Source of the DNA: Protoeuglena noctilucae
Taxonomy: Eukaryota
Direction: 5' to 3'
Length of the DNA stretch: 64,000 nt
NCBI GenBank assembly: GCA_958009085.1
Contig: OY253670.1
Span: forward strand, 1,550,001 to 1,614,000
Both the position numbers and the translations under genes were made by a program. A model generated the notes under the pieces. The model was not told the origin of the DNA. It saw only the letters and a list, made by a program, of their open reading frames with translations, and did not search any database. This document shows, one piece after another, positions 39,301-50,383 of the stretch (position 1 is its first letter; each line of letters opens with the position of its first letter).

Positions 39301-42300
39301 CACACGTAGCTGACGGCAGCCGTGGGCGTCACGTTGACCTTGAGCGCGACCGTGGAGCCCGCGGCGTAGGTGACGCCGGCGTAAAGCTGCACCGTCTTGG
39401 CCAGGGACCCGCCGCCGCTGATCTTGGAGGACGTGGACAGCATCGTGTAGCCGTCCGCGGCCGTGAGCGCCGCGCTGGGGTACACATCGACAGCGCGGGG
39501 CAGGACCGTCACGTCGAACGTGAACGAGTCGGCCGTGGTGAGGCCGCCAGCATTGGCCGTCGGGGCGCACGTGAAGGTGACCGTGGTGGCCATCGAGACA
39601 TCGGCAGCCGCGCCGAAGGTGAGGCCCACGACGGCGGTGGAAGACACGCTAGCGTTCACGTCCCCGAGGGTCTTGCTGTCGGAGGACGCGCACTTGTAGT
39701 TCACGGTGGCCGAGGGAGTGCCATTGGCCACCAGCTGGACGAGGGCGCCGGCAGCGGGGGTCACGGTCGTGATGACCGTGGGCGTCTTGGCCGCATTGCC
39801 CGAAGCCAGGGCCGTTCCCTGCGCCAGCGTGGCGCCGGCCGCCGTCATCGCGGCCGTGCCGGCCTGGGCCGAGACGGCCAGGGGCACGACCGTCACGTCG
39901 AAGGTGAACGTCTCGGAGGTCGTCACGCCGCCCGCGGTGGCGGTGGGCATGCACGTGTACGTCACCGTCGTGGCCTTGTCAATCTGGCCGCTCTGGGGCA
40001 GGCCCACCGAAACGGGGGTCGTGCTGTTGACCTGGATGGACGGCACATTGCCAAGCACGGACGTGTTGGAGGAGGTGCACGAGTAGGTGATGGTCGCCGT
40101 CGGCGTGGCGTTGGCCTGCAGCGCCACCACGTTGGAGATGCTGCTCGCCGGCGCCAGCTCGATGATCTGTGGGGTGGCCGACGCCTTGCCGGACACCAGC
40201 ATGGTGCTGGTCGTCATGGCGGTCTTGCCGTCGGCGGCCGTCTGGGCGGTGCCACTGTAGGCAGCGACCGCAATTGCCTTGACGTGGACCGTGAAGGCCA
40301 CATTCTCGGACGTCGTCAGGCCGCCAGCGTTGGCCTTGGGAGAGCAAGTGATGATCACGTCCGTGTCGGCGTTCACTGAGCCCGGCGTTGGCAGAGTGAT
40401 GGCCGCCTTGGTCGATGACAGCGTCACGTCCGGAATGGTCCCGATCACGCTCGAGTTGTTGCTCGTGCAGGAGTACGTGACAGTGGCGGCCGTCCCGGCG
40501 CTCGATGGAGTCGTGTTGGCCAGCAGCTCAACGGTCGTCCCCAGGTTGGTGGACTGGCCCTCGTAGAGGACGAAAGACTTGCTCGAGGGCAGGGCCGTGT
40601 TGGCGGCCAGGGTCGTGCCGTCGCTGAGGGTCTGCGACGAGGCAGCCGCCGCCTGGACGTTGATGGCCACCACGTTGACCCAGAACATGACCGAGTCGGT
40701 CGTCGCCAGGTTCCCGAAAGCCGCGGTGGGCTGGCACGTGTAGCTGAGCTGCACGTTCGCCGTGCCCATGTTGGTCGGTGCGGGGAGCGTGATGGCATCG
40801 GCCGCCGTGTCGTTGGTGATGGACACGGAGGGGATGTCCGCCATGATGTTCGAGTTGCTGGACGTGCACTTGACCGTGCCCGTCGCGCCCGGCGCCACGT
40901 TCTGCTGCAGCTTGACCTTGGAGCTGTCGGTGCCCGCGCCCTCAAAGACCTGCACCGCCAGCGCTGCGTTGTACGTGCTGCTGGTCAGGTCGGTCGACGT
41001 GCTGCCGAAGGCCGTCCCGTTGCCGTTCAGGACGGTGGTGGCCGCGGGGACGGGCGTCAGCTTGGCGCGCATGACGTACACATCAAACTTGACTGTGTAG
41101 TTCGACGGGGCCATGCCAGTGAAGACGAACCCGCCGCCGCTGGTGGGCGAGCACGTGTAGGTGACGGTGGTGTCGGTCGAGATGCCCGTCACAGCCTGAA
41201 TCGTGAAAGTCGTCACGCTCGTGTCTGTGATGTTGAAGGCCGCCACAGCGGGGGCGATCGTCGTGTTGCTCGAGCTGCAGGAGAAGGACACGGTACCTGC
41301 AGGAGTGTAGTTGAGCTGGAGGCCGATCTGGCCGGTCGACGCGGACCCCTCGTATAGCACGGGCGTCATGGACGTGGAGCCCGCCGTGGAGTAGCCGATG
41401 GACGTGCCCGAGGCGAACGTCGTGCCGTCCGACTGGCGCGTAAGGGTGGACGCGCTGACCACCACCGAGACGGAGCGCGGCATGATCGTGACCGGGAAGC
41501 TCACGGCCTGGCCCGCCGTCACGCCCGTCGGTGCGGGCGAGGACGCGACCGTGCACGTGACCGTCACAGTCACGGCCGACGTGGTGGCCGTGGGTGCGCC
41601 GAAGTCGATGGAGGCCGTGGTGGCGCCGCTGACCGTCAGTGCGGGGGGGCTGGCCAGGGCCGACGTCGTCCCGCTCACGCAGTTGACGGTGGCTGTGGCC
41701 GAGTTGCCAAACGAGAGCGTAGCGATGGCGCCGGCAGCCGTGTCCTCGCCCTCGAAGATGCGGGGCGTGAGGCACGACGAGGTGCCCAGGACGGTGCCGG
41801 CCGTGATCTGGGCGGTCGGCATCGTGCTGCGATAGGCGGCAGAGCCCGCGACCGCCTGCATCTGGGGCGTCACGTCGAGGATGAAGGCCGTCTTGACGCT
41901 GGGCCAGCCGTTTGTGGTGTCACCGCTGGGGACGGTGCACTTGACGTAGAACTTGGTCTGCGTGGTCACGTTCTGGATCGCGATGGTCGTGGCCGTGCCG
42001 AAGATGCCCTGCGCGGCGATGTTGTTCGTCGTCGACGTGCCGGTGTTGGCGGTCGTGGCGAACGTGAACGTGTCCGAGGTCGCCCCGCCCACCGTGAAAG
42101 CGCTCGATGCCTTGGAGGTGAAGCCCGAGTCGCTGTACGCCGTGCACGACACCACGGCGCCACCAGTCAGGGGCGTGCTGCTCGACCCGTTCTGGAACTT
42201 GAGCGTCACCGAGTCGCCACCGACCTGGGACACCTTGCCGAACGCCGTGCTCATCGTGGGGTTGTTGGGGGCCCAGACAGACGTCGTGTTGCCGCTGACC

Positions 42301-45278
42301 TTCAGGAGGACAATGTCGCCGTCTGCCACGGACGGGTAGGCCGTGCCCAGGGTCAGGTTCTGCGCAGTCGTGGCCCCGGAGGTGCCGAACGTCTTGGTGT
42401 AGTCTGACGAGGTGGTGGAGTTGGGGAGGTTGATCGTGTTGCCGCTCGTGCACGCGACGTTGATGGACGCACCCGCGTTGTCGCCGTTGAGCTTGATGGC
42501 GAACAGGTAGCCCGCGGTGGGCGTGAGGTACTCCTTGTCAAGGACCTTGACCGTGCTGGGCACGATGGTACCCGAGCTGAGGGAGCTCCCGTTCGTCAAG
42601 GCCGTGTTGGAGCCGGCCACGATGAGGATCTGCATGGGCTGGATGACGATGCTGACTGAGAAGCCGTCCGTGGTCGACAGGTGGTTGGCCGCCGTCGTGA
42701 CCTTGCACGTCAGCGTGACTGTCTTGGAGGTCGTGATGGAGCTCGGGGTGTTGAGGGTCACGTTGACCGGAGTCGTGTCCGTCACGGCAGCCGCCGTGGG
42801 GGTCGCGCTGAAGTCGTTGCTCCCCGACTCCGTGCAGGTGAACGCGTTGGCGCCACCCGAACTGCCGTTGAGCGCCACCTTCAGCACCGTGCCACCCGCA
42901 TCAGCCTGGCCCTCCACCACGACCACCTGGCCAAGGGAGTTGCTGCCGATGGTCGACACGAGGGCCTTGTTTGAGCCGAACGTCGTCAGGTTGCCCTTGC
43001 TGTCAACAGACTTGTAGGCGGCAGACTGGGCGTACACGATGAAGCCCAGCGGCTGGAGCGTGAGGTTCAGTTGGAAGCCGTCAGACGTGGTCAGGTGGTT
43101 CCCAGCTGTGGTGACCGTACATGTCAGAGTGATGCTGACGGGGGAGCTCAGGTCAGCCACCGTCTTCATGTCCATGTTGACCGAGGTCGCGTCGGTGACG
43201 TTCGAAACAGTCGGGATCGTGCTGCTGGCAAAGTTGGAGGCACTGGCCGTCTTGCATGTGAGGGCGTTGGCGCCACCCGATGCACCGTTCAGGGAGACCT
43301 TGAACGTATTGCCCGGAGTGTCGGCCTGGCCCTCGAGCAGGTACACCGTGTCATTGGAAGTCCCACTGATAACCGCGGTGATGGGCTGCCCAGAGCCGCC
43401 AAATGTGGTCAGCTCGTTCGTCGACGCCACGCTCTTGATCGCGGTCGACTGGGCCGTCACGATGAAGCCCAGCGGCTGCAGGACGATGTTCAGGCTGAAG
43501 CCGTCGCCCGTCGTCAGGTGGTTGCCTGCCTTGGCCACCGTGCACGTCAGCGTGATGGTCTTGGCCGTGGACAGGTCCGCGATGGTCTGCATGTTGATGG
43601 CCACGTTGGTCGTGGTCGACACGGGGGCCGCCACCGGCAGCAGGCTGTTGTAGAAGTCGGTCCCAGTGGTCGTTGTGCACGACAGGAGATTGGAGCCGCC
43701 CGAGTTGCCGTTCAGCTGCACCTGGAGGATGGAGCCTCCGGGGAAGTTGGCGACTGTGACGTTGCCGATGGGGCTGGAGAGCGCGGAGGCCAGGGCGGTC
43801 GCGTTGGTGGCCGCGCTCGTCGAGGTGACCGTGTTCACCAACGTGGTGGAGACATTGGCCGAGGTGGGGTACGTCACAGTGACCTTGTCGCCCACGACGA
43901 ACGTGCCACCGAGGTAGACTACGTCCACCTGAGAAATGCCGGTACCATTGGCGATCGGGGTGCCAGTGGCCTTGGAGCCCGTGCTGCCCGTCGACTGCGT
44001 CACAGTCACTGAGTAGGACGGGAGGGCCGTGCCAGCCGTGCCAGCTGTGATGGTGAAGGCATTTGCCGTGCTGGCCGACGCAGTCCCGTTCAGGGTCTTG
44101 GTCAGCGCTGTGGCGACTGCCGTTGCCGCAGCAGCAGTGGTGACGCTGGCGGTAGGCGTGTAGGCGACGGTGTAGAGTGTGGGGGTCCCAGTGGCCGTGC
44201 TCTTCACAGTGACGGTGATGCTATCGCCGCTTGCCCAGGTGCCACCGATGGTGAAAGGGCCGGTGCCCGAAACCGTGAAACCCGCGGTACCAGCGTTTGT
44301 GTTGGCAACCGCGACGCTGAGGCCCGTGCCCAACGTGATGGTGAGGACGCTGCTGGAGGCTGAAGCCGACCCTCCGCTGCCAAGGGGCGAGCTCATCGCT
44401 TTCAGGAGCCCAGCCGTGACGTTGGCCACGGTCGTCCCATCGACAGAGTTGACGGTGTACGTCGTCGCGACTGCTCCGTCCGTCACCTTGATGGTGTCGC
44501 CCGCCGCATACGTGCCGCCGACAGCGATTGCGTCGACCTGGGCCACACCCGTACCACTCGCCACCAGGTTCTTGAACGCTGCCTGCCCGCTGGTGGAGGT
44601 CGGGGCGACAGAGTAGGTGTCAATCGCCGTCCCCGCCGTGGTGGCAGTGAGCACAATGACGTTGTTGGTGGCGATGGTGGCGCCGCCCAGCGGCGAGGTC
44701 AGAGCAGCCTTGAGACCCGCGCCCACGTTGGCGGCCGTCGTCCCGTCCCCGGAATTGACCTTGTACGTGACGGTGGTCGCGACGCTGGAGCTCGGATCAA
44801 CCTCCACGGCAATCTGGTCCGGGGTGGTGGTGGCCCAAGTGCCACCCACGACCACGACGTCCTGCTGGGCCACCGTGGCGCTGGCCGCGTTGACCGTCTG
44901 ACCGACGGCCATGCCAGCCGACGACGTGGGCGTCACCTTGGTCGTGAACGACGTATTCACCGCCTTGGCCGACAATGTGATGATGGTGGTGTCCGCCGTG
45001 CCAGAGTCAGTCTGACCCTCCAGCAGGTACACCGTGCCGTTGCTCGAGCCGCCCTGCACCGCCGTCAGCGTCTGGGCGGAGTTAAACGTGGTGAGCGCGT
45101 TCGTCGACGCCACGCTCTTGATCGCGGTCGACTGGGCCGTCACGATGAAGCCCAGCGGCTGCAGGACGATGTTCAGGCTGAAGCCGTCGCCCGTCGTCAG
45201 GTGGTTGCCTGCCTTGGCCACCGTGCACGTCAGCGTGATGGTCTTGGCCGTGGACAGGTCCGCGATGGTCTGCATGTT
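36323..45278 (-). CDS. 3' part of a giant Thr/Ser/Ala-rich repetitive cell-surface protein, likely GPI-anchored; interrupted by the PLV
   Basis: One ~8.5-kb open exon of repeated ~120-aa Cys-paired beta-rich modules (..C.SS..VL....TVTYTC.P..) ending in an RRALL motif. One GT-AG intron at 36659-36764. The last exon has a P/S/T stalk and a hydrophobic tail (SALLAASMLLAALL). Confidence 0.85.
43414..45278. repeat. 1683-bp (561-aa) intragenic tandem repeat of the surface-protein gene
   Basis: 43414-43595 matches 45097-45278, and 43592-43901 matches 63691-64000 on the far side of the insertion. Confidence 0.9.
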
Positions 45279-45582
45279 AGCTAGCTATAACCGACGCCTG
45301 GAACGGCGCGGAGCGACGACGGCGGTCCGACGGTTGGATTCTTTACTAAGGATTACTGATGCCAGTAATGGCACGCGCACGGCGGCGCCAGCGTTGACTT
45401 TGGCGTGTCCAGCGTTGACCGTACGCGCCTCATAAAAAATTATTCCAACAGCCGCGCGGCCGTAGGGGCTATGCCCTACGCCCTACGCCTCATGCGACGC
45501 CTGGAAGCGAGCCCCCGAGCCCCCATGTCCCAGGGGCCTTCACAAAAAAATTTCCAAATAGGGCGACAGCAAGGTGCGCCGC
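45279..45582 (+). repeat. Left terminal inverted repeat (304 bp)
   Basis: Begins AGCTAGCTATAACCGACGCCTGG. Reverse complement of 63386-63690, with one indel and one substitution seen near the inner end. Confidence 0.95.
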
Positions 45583-45630
45583 TGCCGCTGCCGCTGCCCA
45601 AACGACAAATGTACCCCTAACATGGGGGGT

Positions 45631-45858
45631 TCAAGGGGGTGGCCGAAGGCCGATGGGCTCCGCCCCCGCCCCCTGCCCCTTCCGTCTCGCCAAAGCGCGA
45701 GCCCGAAACTCAGGGTCTTCCGCGTACTTGCGTCTCATGTACTCCAATTTTTTCTCCCGATTCTTTTGATACGCTTCTCTTTTCTGCTGGAGTATACGTT
45801 CCTTGTTAGCTTCATAGTAAATCTTGAAGCGGTTAGCCGTAGCCGCAGAGTCTTCCAT
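45631..45858 (-). CDS. Small basic protein (YYEANKERIL motif), paralog of 63174-63377
   Basis: 75-aa Lys/Arg-rich helical ORF with an AT-rich leader. Confidence 0.7.
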   Translation of the reverse strand: MEDSAATANRFKIYYEANKERILQQKREAYQKNREKKLEYMRRKYAEDPEFRARALARRKGQGAGAEPIGLRPPP

Positions 45859-45878
45859 ATTATAGTTGACGAAAATCT

Positions 45879-46808
45879 TTACGCTTCCACCACGAGGTCT
45901 CTCTTGACAGTCTTGCGCCGTTTCGTTGTCGTTTTAATGAGCTCGTAGCTGCTGGGCAACACTCTAACAATCTCAAAGATGGCCTTGGATACGTGTTCCG
46001 CGCGCGACTTTTTGAGTCTCGGGTTTGTATCTATCACACGCACTCGGTCTCCCACATTAAAGAGCGCCCTGGCATTTGTCTCTCGTTTGAAATTCTGGTT
46101 CAGTTTGTTTTGGAGGTATGTGATTTGATGGTAGTCCGTTGGACTTATCTCGTGGTCATCGACAAGCTTCATGATGTCATCCGGTTTCATTCCGGTTTGT
46201 TTCGAAACAGTGTCGTTATGCGCATTGGCCACTGCTGTCAATTTTTGCCAATACGTCATGTCATCTGGTAGTCTCGTGATACCTTCCCGTAATGTTCGAA
46301 TCATTCGTTCGGCTGTCGGAGCATGCTCTACGAACTGTTGCTGAACCCCTTGCTCCAGGAGCCATGTCACGGTGTCCTTGGAATCTCCCACAGTCCACGC
46401 GGAGTCGCGGTCACACACGATGGTCATCGGCTTAGGGCGTTGACGAGGCAACATGCTTAACAGTCCCTTTTTTACAGAATCTTTTGTTTTATTTTTCAGG
46501 GGATACAGGTAGACATATTTAGAAAACACGTCGACCAAAACGAGGATATACTTCACGTCTTTCGTCTGATTCGGTTTCTCAATGTGCATGATGTCAAGCA
46601 TGGCTACTGCCCACGGGGACGTAGTCATGAAGTGGCCCCCTTTCGGTTTCTCGTCTCGGGGCTTCATGACCATCCTGCGAACGTTCTTTTGCCCGAGAAG
46701 GAATTCCTTTTCTTGCGACTTGCTGTATCCTTTCGAACGAACTTTGGCATACAACTTATCGATAGATGTGTATCCCTGCTTAAAAAATGTATTGAACAGC
46801 TCCTCCAT
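45879..46808 (-). CDS. Retroviral-like (rve, DDE) integrase
   Basis: AMLDIMH..KYILVLVDVFSKYVYLYPLKNKT, IVCDRDS, TAERMIRTLRE and HNDTVSKQTGMKP. The C-terminus is SH3-like (FNVGDRVRV). Confidence 0.93.
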   Translation of the reverse strand: MEELFNTFFKQGYTSIDKLYAKVRSKGYSKSQEKEFLLGQKNVRRMVMKPRDEKPKGGHFMTTSPWAVAMLDIMHIEKPNQTKDVKYILVLVDVFSKYVYLYPLKNKTKDSVKKGLLSMLPRQRPKPMTIVCDRDSAWTVGDSKDTVTWLLEQGVQQQFVEHAPTAERMIRTLREGITRLPDDMTYWQKLTAVANAHNDTVSKQTGMKPDDIMKLVDDHEISPTDYHQITYLQNKLNQNFKRETNARALFNVGDRVRVIDTNPRLKKSRAEHVSKAIFEIVRVLPSSYELIKTTTKRRKTVKRDLVVEA

Positions 46809-46861
46809 ATATGAGCTTTAAAAAACCTCAACCAAAAATGAGGCCGAAGGCCTCTCGGGGT

Positions 46862-49800
46862 TTAAGGGGACTTCGTCCCCTTCCTGTTGCAAGCCAGGCA
46901 GGCAATCCCACAGTTTTCTTTCGTGTGACCGAGGTCGTCATCTGTGCGGTCCAGAGTCCATGTCCCCTCCTGATAAAAGTCAGCACCGCAATGCCTGCAC
47001 CGGAATTTGTCAGCTTTCAAGAGAGCCCAGATATCCTCGGACGTGATTGTGGTCTCTTGGTCACGCGTCCTGTCCTGTCGCGTGTACCCCACAACCTTGT
47101 CCCGAATGTATGCTTTCAAGTTCAAGAGAACAGAGCTGATACCCTGAACGAGATAGACTTTATCGAAGTCCCTCGCTCGTGTGATGGCCATGTACAATTC
47201 TTCACATCCGACGAACGTGGTGCTCACACCATGGACATATAAGTTTCCGCTCGTACGAGACCCCTGACAGCTGTGAATGGTTACCATATTGGACGACTCA
47301 AAGTTCTTGTGGAACTGGTCTACTTTAATTTTCTGAATCACACCGTCTTGTCCTTGCAGTTCCACATGGGACCCGTCATTAGACACCATCAAGTACTCTG
47401 CATTCCTAACGAATTTCCCAGAAGACCTCCCAGAACTCGGTCGATAGGTCCAAGTGTCTGGAGCAGCTATGTTCGTCCCCAACGATTGAATGCACTTGAA
47501 CGGACATAGATGTAGTCCATCACGTGCGAGTGCCTCGTCCTCGGACAACAAGCGCTTCTGTGTCATAAACCACTGAATGCACGCTCTCTTGTCCTTGCGC
47601 TCTACAAGCATCTCTCGTAGCTCTTTGAGTAATGGCTTCTGTGATTCCGGTAGGGTTTTATTTTCATGCAGGTATACCCTATTTTTGAAAACGCTCTGCA
47701 TGAGCATCCCGACTGCATCTCGGGAATATCGGGTGTCCTGGACCGGCTTCAGCTGGTCGATATCGCCGGTCATGATTAGGGTGTAGTCCCGGTTCACCGC
47801 CTCCGTGGCCATTTCTCTTAATGCCGAGGTACAGAACAGAAACGCTTCCTCGAGGATAACCATATTTGCGTCAGGAGGTACGTTGCGAGTAGCTTTGCGG
47901 TTGATGACCGGGAGCTCCCACCACTTGTGCGAGGTCGTGAAGTGGACGTCTATAGAATCGTCTTCGAAATATCGCTGACAGTCCAGCTTGTTCTTGTTGT
48001 TGGGGCAAACAACCACGATGCGCTTCTCTTGACAGTACTTCTTGACGTAATCGACCCAGAGCCGTGTCTTTCCGCTGCCGGCGTAGTGCGCTTGGATGCT
48101 CAGCCTATTATGTGATTTCAGTATTTCGTGGATTTGTCCCGTCATAAGTTCCGTGTCGTACTCTTGTTCCTTGGTGAACTCATGGGTGATCCATTTGTTC
48201 TTTTCCTTGAATTCTGGAAGATTCGGAGGACTTAGGTCCATAGGATTCGCTTTGATTTTTCCTCGCTCTGGCAGCTTGTATGAGCCCAGTTTTCCGTCAT
48301 ACTTGATGTTTGGACGTTCACGGAAATACACAGCATCTGTCTTGATGGCCACTGGCTTGTATCTCAGATTTTTGTGCATGAACGTAGCGACATTTTCAGC
48401 GGCAAGCTCCTGAAGGACTGCCCAAACGCTGTGCTTCCATCCGTTGAGGCAAACCTTACGGTCCTCGTCATACACGATATTCAGGTCAGGGTCTCCTGAC
48501 AATTTGAGTCTTGGGTTATCCTCGATTACCTTGTATGCGCTCATGGGGTCTTTGAACAAAACACCTCGCTGCGCCCTTGTCCTCGACCTTCCAGCCATAC
48601 CAATAGCCATGTTGACGATTTTTTTCACGTCTTTTAATTTCAGGGTCGTATCCTGGAGTGCATCTTTGTATAACCAGTCGATGACTGCGGCGACTCCCTG
48701 AATGCGCGCTGTATACGCCGTCTTGAGTTCTCCGACGATTCTGATGGGGGGCCGTAGGCCGGTTGGACGTTCGTCCTCCCTGTCGAATAATTTAGCCATC
48801 CTCTTGAGTACACTGCCGAGACATAGCGATAGTTCCTTTCGGTAATACACTTGCTCCGAGAACCAGAATAACTGAGTCTTGTCCAACTTGACGACGTACC
48901 AAGCAAGGTCATCCGCATCTTCTACGCGCATGTCGACGCTATAGAAGTGGTCGCTCGAGCATGGTACAGGAATTTCCATGCCTTCCATTGACTTTAGAAT
49001 ATATGTGTAGTGCTTGCTAGCGTCGCATTCCCAGAAATCACCGTCGATTCCATCACGGAGGGATTCTGAACTACCCTCCCCCATACATCGTTTGATACCG
49101 AACTTTCGGAGGCGGTCAAACACGTCGAATACGTCTTGGTTAACCTCGCATCTTGTCGTGGAACAGAGTAGTCGTTTGAGGAGTTTGTCCTGGGCGTTTT
49201 TGTAGTCGATTTCATGCTCAAGACTGTACCTCGGTTCGGTAATCTCGTCGCACTCGACCATGGACTTCACTACTATCTTTTTGTTGTCTACGTGATGGAA
49301 CATGAATTGGTTGACTTGTCCATTCTGTAGTATAAGGGTAAACGGGACGGCAAATGGAACCACGTTTTTAAGCGCTCCGATTACGTCGTGGGTATAATAG
49401 GTACCAGGTTCGATGCTGTTCAGTTCCTGGAGACTTTCAACATATTTCCAGGGAATCACTTCCTTAATTTTCGTGGGAGCCCACTCGATTTTCTCAGGTG
49501 CTTTCGCTGCAGGGAAGTCGATTTCTGGGGCGAGGAAGTCTTCGATAGTCTTCGCGTGCACATTCTCTGTAGCCCGCTTCGTGTGCCACGCGGGACATAT
49601 GTGGCCGTCATGGACGATAAAAGTCAAGCGTCTAATTTCCTTGTTCTCCCGCTCTGCTTTGAGTTTGAGTACAACGCGACCAAAGATATTGAAAACCACC
49701 ACATTAAATCTCTTGGCCAGCAATTGACACCCCTCGAGCAATCTAACAGGCCCATCCGGGAAATTCTCACTCACCCACTTAAGGTGGCAGGTGATGTTTT

Positions 49801-50383
49801 GTTTTGCCTTTTTTGAACCAGAATTCTCAATCGCACGTAGAATCTGATTTTGAACCGAAGACTTGAAACAGCTTCCTTCCTTGAGGTCGAATACGTTGTC
49901 AGAGTCCTTGAATCCCAGGGGGTTCACGTGGTTAATAAATACGCTCTTGTCCCTGGACACCGCCTGCTCGAACCATAGCTTATAGTCGCGTTCATGTGGG
50001 TTCACCTTATAGACAGAAACAACGTCGATGAATACCATTCCTCCGCTGGTTGCAATGCTGCTTAAATTCTCAAAGAGGTCTGGATTTGATTTCTCGATGA
50101 GGTTTCTAAACCTCTTAGCTGATTCAGTTTTCGCATTGTTGAACTCGAATTTCTCTATTTTGGGAGCAGGGTCTTTAACAAACATCCGGTAAGGCGTCTC
50201 GTTCATTTGAATGAACCAGCCTTTGAAATGTCCAAATCCACGCCGAATCGTGTTATTTTGCAAGTGCTGTTCAAAGTACTCGAGAACGTTATGGCCTCGC
50301 TTGTTCTTCGTGTCGATGTGATGACGCATCTTCTTGACAGTAGCTCGTAGCTCATCGTAAGTTCTTACCTCTTTTCCGGCCAC
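46862..50383 (-). CDS. Replication polyprotein: divergent family-B DNA polymerase fused to SF1 helicase and C-terminal HNH/Zn domain
   Basis: PolB-like motifs A (CDASKHY), B (KKIVNMAIGMAG) and C (IKTDAVY). Helicase motifs AGSGKT, VILEEAF, GDIDQLKPV, TIHSCQGS and YMAITRAR. C-terminus CRHC..TLDRTDDDLGHTKENCGIACLACN. Confidence 0.85.
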   Translation of the reverse strand: MAGKEVRTYDELRATVKKMRHHIDTKNKRGHNVLEYFEQHLQNNTIRRGFGHFKGWFIQMNETPYRMFVKDPAPKIEKFEFNNAKTESAKRFRNLIEKSNPDLFENLSSIATSGGMVFIDVVSVYKVNPHERDYKLWFEQAVSRDKSVFINHVNPLGFKDSDNVFDLKEGSCFKSSVQNQILRAIENSGSKKAKQNITCHLKWVSENFPDGPVRLLEGCQLLAKRFNVVVFNIFGRVVLKLKAERENKEIRRLTFIVHDGHICPAWHTKRATENVHAKTIEDFLAPEIDFPAAKAPEKIEWAPTKIKEVIPWKYVESLQELNSIEPGTYYTHDVIGALKNVVPFAVPFTLILQNGQVNQFMFHHVDNKKIVVKSMVECDEITEPRYSLEHEIDYKNAQDKLLKRLLCSTTRCEVNQDVFDVFDRLRKFGIKRCMGEGSSESLRDGIDGDFWECDASKHYTYILKSMEGMEIPVPCSSDHFYSVDMRVEDADDLAWYVVKLDKTQLFWFSEQVYYRKELSLCLGSVLKRMAKLFDREDERPTGLRPPIRIVGELKTAYTARIQGVAAVIDWLYKDALQDTTLKLKDVKKIVNMAIGMAGRSRTRAQRGVLFKDPMSAYKVIEDNPRLKLSGDPDLNIVYDEDRKVCLNGWKHSVWAVLQELAAENVATFMHKNLRYKPVAIKTDAVYFRERPNIKYDGKLGSYKLPERGKIKANPMDLSPPNLPEFKEKNKWITHEFTKEQEYDTELMTGQIHEILKSHNRLSIQAHYAGSGKTRLWVDYVKKYCQEKRIVVVCPNNKNKLDCQRYFEDDSIDVHFTTSHKWWELPVINRKATRNVPPDANMVILEEAFLFCTSALREMATEAVNRDYTLIMTGDIDQLKPVQDTRYSRDAVGMLMQSVFKNRVYLHENKTLPESQKPLLKELREMLVERKDKRACIQWFMTQKRLLSEDEALARDGLHLCPFKCIQSLGTNIAAPDTWTYRPSSGRSSGKFVRNAEYLMVSNDGSHVELQGQDGVIQKIKVDQFHKNFESSNMVTIHSCQGSRTSGNLYVHGVSTTFVGCEELYMAITRARDFDKVYLVQGISSVLLNLKAYIRDKVVGYTRQDRTRDQETTITSEDIWALLKADKFRCRHCGADFYQEGTWTLDRTDDDLGHTKENCGIACLACNRKGTKSP

